Assembly: GCA_003568945.1 (NCBI GenBank)
Contig: BDIP01000056.1
Location: 1-35,686 of the forward strand
DNA: 35,686 nucleotides
Direction of reading: 5' to 3'
DNA from: Kipferlia bialata
Lineage: Eukaryota
The notes under the pieces were generated by a model that was given only the letters and a program-made list of their open reading frames with translations, made no database searches and had not been told where the DNA came from. The number at the start of each line of letters is the position of its first letter. Position 1 is the first letter of the stretch. Shown here one piece after another: positions 32,604-35,686 of this stretch. The position numbers and the translations under genes were made by a program.

Positions 32604-33752
32604 TTACCAGTCGAAGTCCCACTCTGTGTAGTGCTTGAGTACTGAGTCAGAAACCCTGACCAGGAATGCAGCGTGAGGTGCTCCAATAGCGAGCAAAGTA
32701 CAATACGATAGTACCAGGATGTAGTTCGGTGATAGCCGACATAAGTGGGAGTCATCCAACCAAAGACGTCCAAGACCCGGGACGGGGTCGCACTCTGCCA
32801 GTTCCAGAGAGACTGGGTCTAGCAAGTGGGGAGGGCGTGGTACCATGTGTCCCACAAGCTCTTGGGAGTCAATGTTTCCAAGAATCAGAATGTTGCAGCC
32901 CAACACAGCACTGGGAGAGGCCCAAGCCGTACGCGCCCCACTGACACATGGACGCAGCACCCGCTCTGGAAGCTGATTAAGTAACTGACACCTAGGAGGC
33001 AGGAGGCTTGCACGAGAAGACACATCCCACTCTGGTACTTGCATAGCGGAAGTCTCAAAGGGCTGCAGGACGTTTGATTGCATCGCTTCAGAAGGCACTA
33101 GGTGCCAGAACCGTCGGCCTACAATTTGTGATCCAGACTCCCACCTACACCTACCTGTGACCACTACGAGACCACCAGTGGTCCTTGCGGTTTCAAGGGC
33201 GCGTATATGGCAGAGTGCCACGTCGTTACCCTCCTCTCCAACTACCGCTTGGGCTATCCACTCTCTCGTATCAATGTGGAACCTCCAGATGGTGTTGTGG
33301 AACGTAGGCTCCTCTTCGTCCATGTCCACCAGCTCTGCAGCTCCAACCCATACCACACCAGATAGACGAATGGGGACAAGGGTCACTCTACAACACTGGT
33401 GGAATGGACACTCGATCCTCTCACATGCCAGTGTGTCATCCAACTGTAGACTCACTATGTTGCACCTGATGTTGGTCTACATACAATCTAGATTCCGATA
33501 CCTTTGTTAGAGATACAACTAGAGTTGACTACACTCGCGCGATATGGTCAATTAGCATTACGTACATGAACTGAAAGCCCTTCTCACCAACCCACCCAGT
33601 CTTGCCAAGAATGATGGCAGTGCCGTCTCCAAGTGATGCACTCTGAAGGTCATATCCTAGGTCAACGTCCTCTAGGACCTGCGTGCAGCTGTCAAACCTG
33701 GAGACAGACTAAGACGGAACCACTCTAATCGTTGGTGAAGGCTCTTCACCAT
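32604..33752 (-). CDS. Divergent kelch-like beta-propeller protein. Exons ~33697-33566 and 33465-32604; 5' end uncertain (frameshift or tiny intron after ATG ~33752)
   Basis: SLGDGTAIILG..F|M.CNIVSLQLD joined by a phase-2 GT-AG intron. Long ORF with IWRFHIDTREW and LLDPVSLELAECDP..LCRLSPNYILVL, similar to the gene at 34599. Confidence 0.65.
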
Positions 33753-34598
33753 TATCCGACTTTCCCATCAACACTATGTTACTGTAACACAATGTCTATG
33801 TAAGTGTCTCACCTTGTACTATAAAGCAGAGCGACAGTATACAGTGCTTACTATACACTTTTAGACTAGGGTAGGTCTATCCAAACATTTACTTACCAGT
33901 GAAGGGGAGCTGACATGTTGGTTAAGAAAGGGCAGGTGCACTCAGGTGCCTATAACAGCGAACCAAGAGAAGACCTCATGTACTAAGGCAGAGAATGTGA
34001 TGTCCTCAACAGTAGCTCTTAGAAGTGATATAGACTGGTGCTCTGATTCAGAGCCTCTGAAGCTATCATCTTTGCCGTAATGTTCTCACCCACTCTGATA
34101 GAGTTTTGAGACAGATTGTTAAACAGTCTCCTAGAAGAATATCGTGTTGCTAGTGCCCGGAAGACCCACCTTGTGAGACTACTAAATTGGATATGTGTAT
34201 GAATAGGAGTGTTCCTAGTGAGTGTGCGGGTATAGTGCGTCAGTAAATGTTCGAGTATGTTGTCACAGTCTTGCGTTAATGTGTCACGAGGGGTTGACAC
34301 TGACAGCATCACCATCTCTCTCAGAACAAGCCCACAGTCCCTTTACAGAGTTTCGACACACTAAGTGGGATTCGTTGCCAAGCAATAGACCCCAGCGGTA
34401 TATACTCGAGTGTTTCATGACCTATACAACCGCTGAACAGTACAGCTTGGATTTGATGCCAATGTGAGACCATCACTGTACAGAGTCAGTTCGCACTTCC
34501 ATCTGAACTAACCTCCCTCTCAGCTCAATCACTCCTTTGGAGCGTACTTCAATAGCGAATAGTGTAGAGCTTGAAGGACTCGATTGTCGCGTCTTGTC

Positions 34599-35686
34599 AT
34601 GTGGCCTCTAGAGTGGTTCAAAGGGGTTACCACCCTTCCAGAGATAGAGCGTGTTCCCGAAGACACACCTGACAATAGCCCATGGAATGTAAGAGAATTC
34701 GCACAGGTAGACCTAGCAAGTCTTCTCTTCCCTCACTATGAGGTTTGCATTGCTCCTTGTTACATTAGTATTCTCACTTTTAGGCTGTGGCAGTGGATAA
34801 CTCAAGCGCAATGGTGACCCTTGCAACTGGATTTGGTGTCAGAGAGTGGTACATTGCGTCACTCCAGCCGGACCGCACACTGTATCGTACAAGAATAGCT
34901 GGACCCCCCAGTACAGCAGAAGTCAACGACATCCAACTGGTCCGGGTACGCAACCACATTGTGGCATAGGGGGGTTCTTTTTCGATAGAGAAAGAAACAC
35001 CACGTGTCCCGTCCGGTGTCTGGCTTTGTACTCCCTCGAGACCTGTGAGTGGGAGGTTATAGAGCAGACAGTTGACTCCTGCCCCTGCCTCCAGTTTGAG
35101 TCGTATGTGTTTACGCTTGGTGACTCTCTGTATGTTGTTGGAGGGAGTGATCGCTATCCCGAATACGGACCCTACCGCGCAAGCACGTGGGAGTGGAACG
35201 TAGAAACCAGGGCCTGGTCACGTCACGGTGATGTTCCAGCGGGTATGCGTGTATGTCAGGAAAACTTCTTTGGTAACACAATCGGTGACGTGCATCATGC
35301 CGTGTCTCGCGATTCGTCACGTGGATGCCATCTCTCTTTCTCGCGGAGGGGCGGCTGGAGTGAGGAGCCTCTTGCTTTCAGAATACCACGTATTGATCAG
35401 AACGTGATGACCCGCTATGTGGTGTCCAGCTGTCGAGTGGGTCGTCATGCACTGTGTGTCGCAGGCAGCACTAGAGGACAGAAGAATACTAGGGTGTTCC
35501 TCTTTGACTTCGTGTCCTTAGACCTTGTCCAGTGTCAGCCAGTAGCCCTGGAGGCTTGTGCCGTAGGGTACGTTCCCTCCATGGTTATGTTCAACCCCAC
35601 CACACTCCTATTAGTGGGATTCATCGATACGCTGGTTGTGGACGTGGATGAGAGAGTGCTGGGACCCGAGTACATCACTTCAATGA
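34599..35686 (+). pseudogene. Kelch-repeat gene with premature stop and frameshift, running off the window; intron 34743-34783
   Basis: HIVA*GG (TAG 34967-34969), then a frame change before LYSLETCEWEV, FTLGDSLYVVGG, TWEWNVETRAWS, LFDFVSLDLVQCQP, MVMFNPTTLLLVG. Confidence 0.75.

Noticed and set aside
33895..34467. 98-aa minus-strand ORF (34315-34019) and neighbours as a gene
   Set aside because: No recognisable motifs and stops on both sides; possibly a pseudogene relic but unsupported.
34967..34969. In-frame TAG as evidence of a reassigned stop codon (hexamitid-type code)
   Set aside because: It occurs together with a frameshift, the position expects Tyr (VAYGG), other genes here end in TAA/TAG, and the ABCA and DMC1 exons I read have no in-frame TAR.

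Overview
Eukaryotic, very intron-rich, microsatellite-laden draft sequence with three N-gaps. The gene style resembles a fornicate/metamonad protist such as Kipferlia (inference, not a database result): tiny exons, a branch point placed right next to the 3' splice site, and expanded divergent kelch-like genes. Contents in order: the 3' end of an Fe/Mn superoxide dismutase (+); a ~25 kb full-size ABCA transporter with well over 70 small exons (-); a divergent DMC1/RAD51-family recombinase with a catalytic Glu-to-Gln change (+), followed by a partial decayed copy; a 3-exon orphan gene; and three kelch-like genes or pseudogenes. The main observation is that introns are full of partial 'echo' copies of the neighbouring exon. 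5' halves with an acceptor lie upstream and 3' halves with a donor lie downstream. They differ from the live exon mostly at synonymous sites and get more decayed with distance. In several cases the two halves rejoin, with a ~3-nt overlap, into a complete older version of the exon. This suggests exons are repeatedly renewed by insertion of a fresh copy into the middle of the old one. All exon calls were made by eye.
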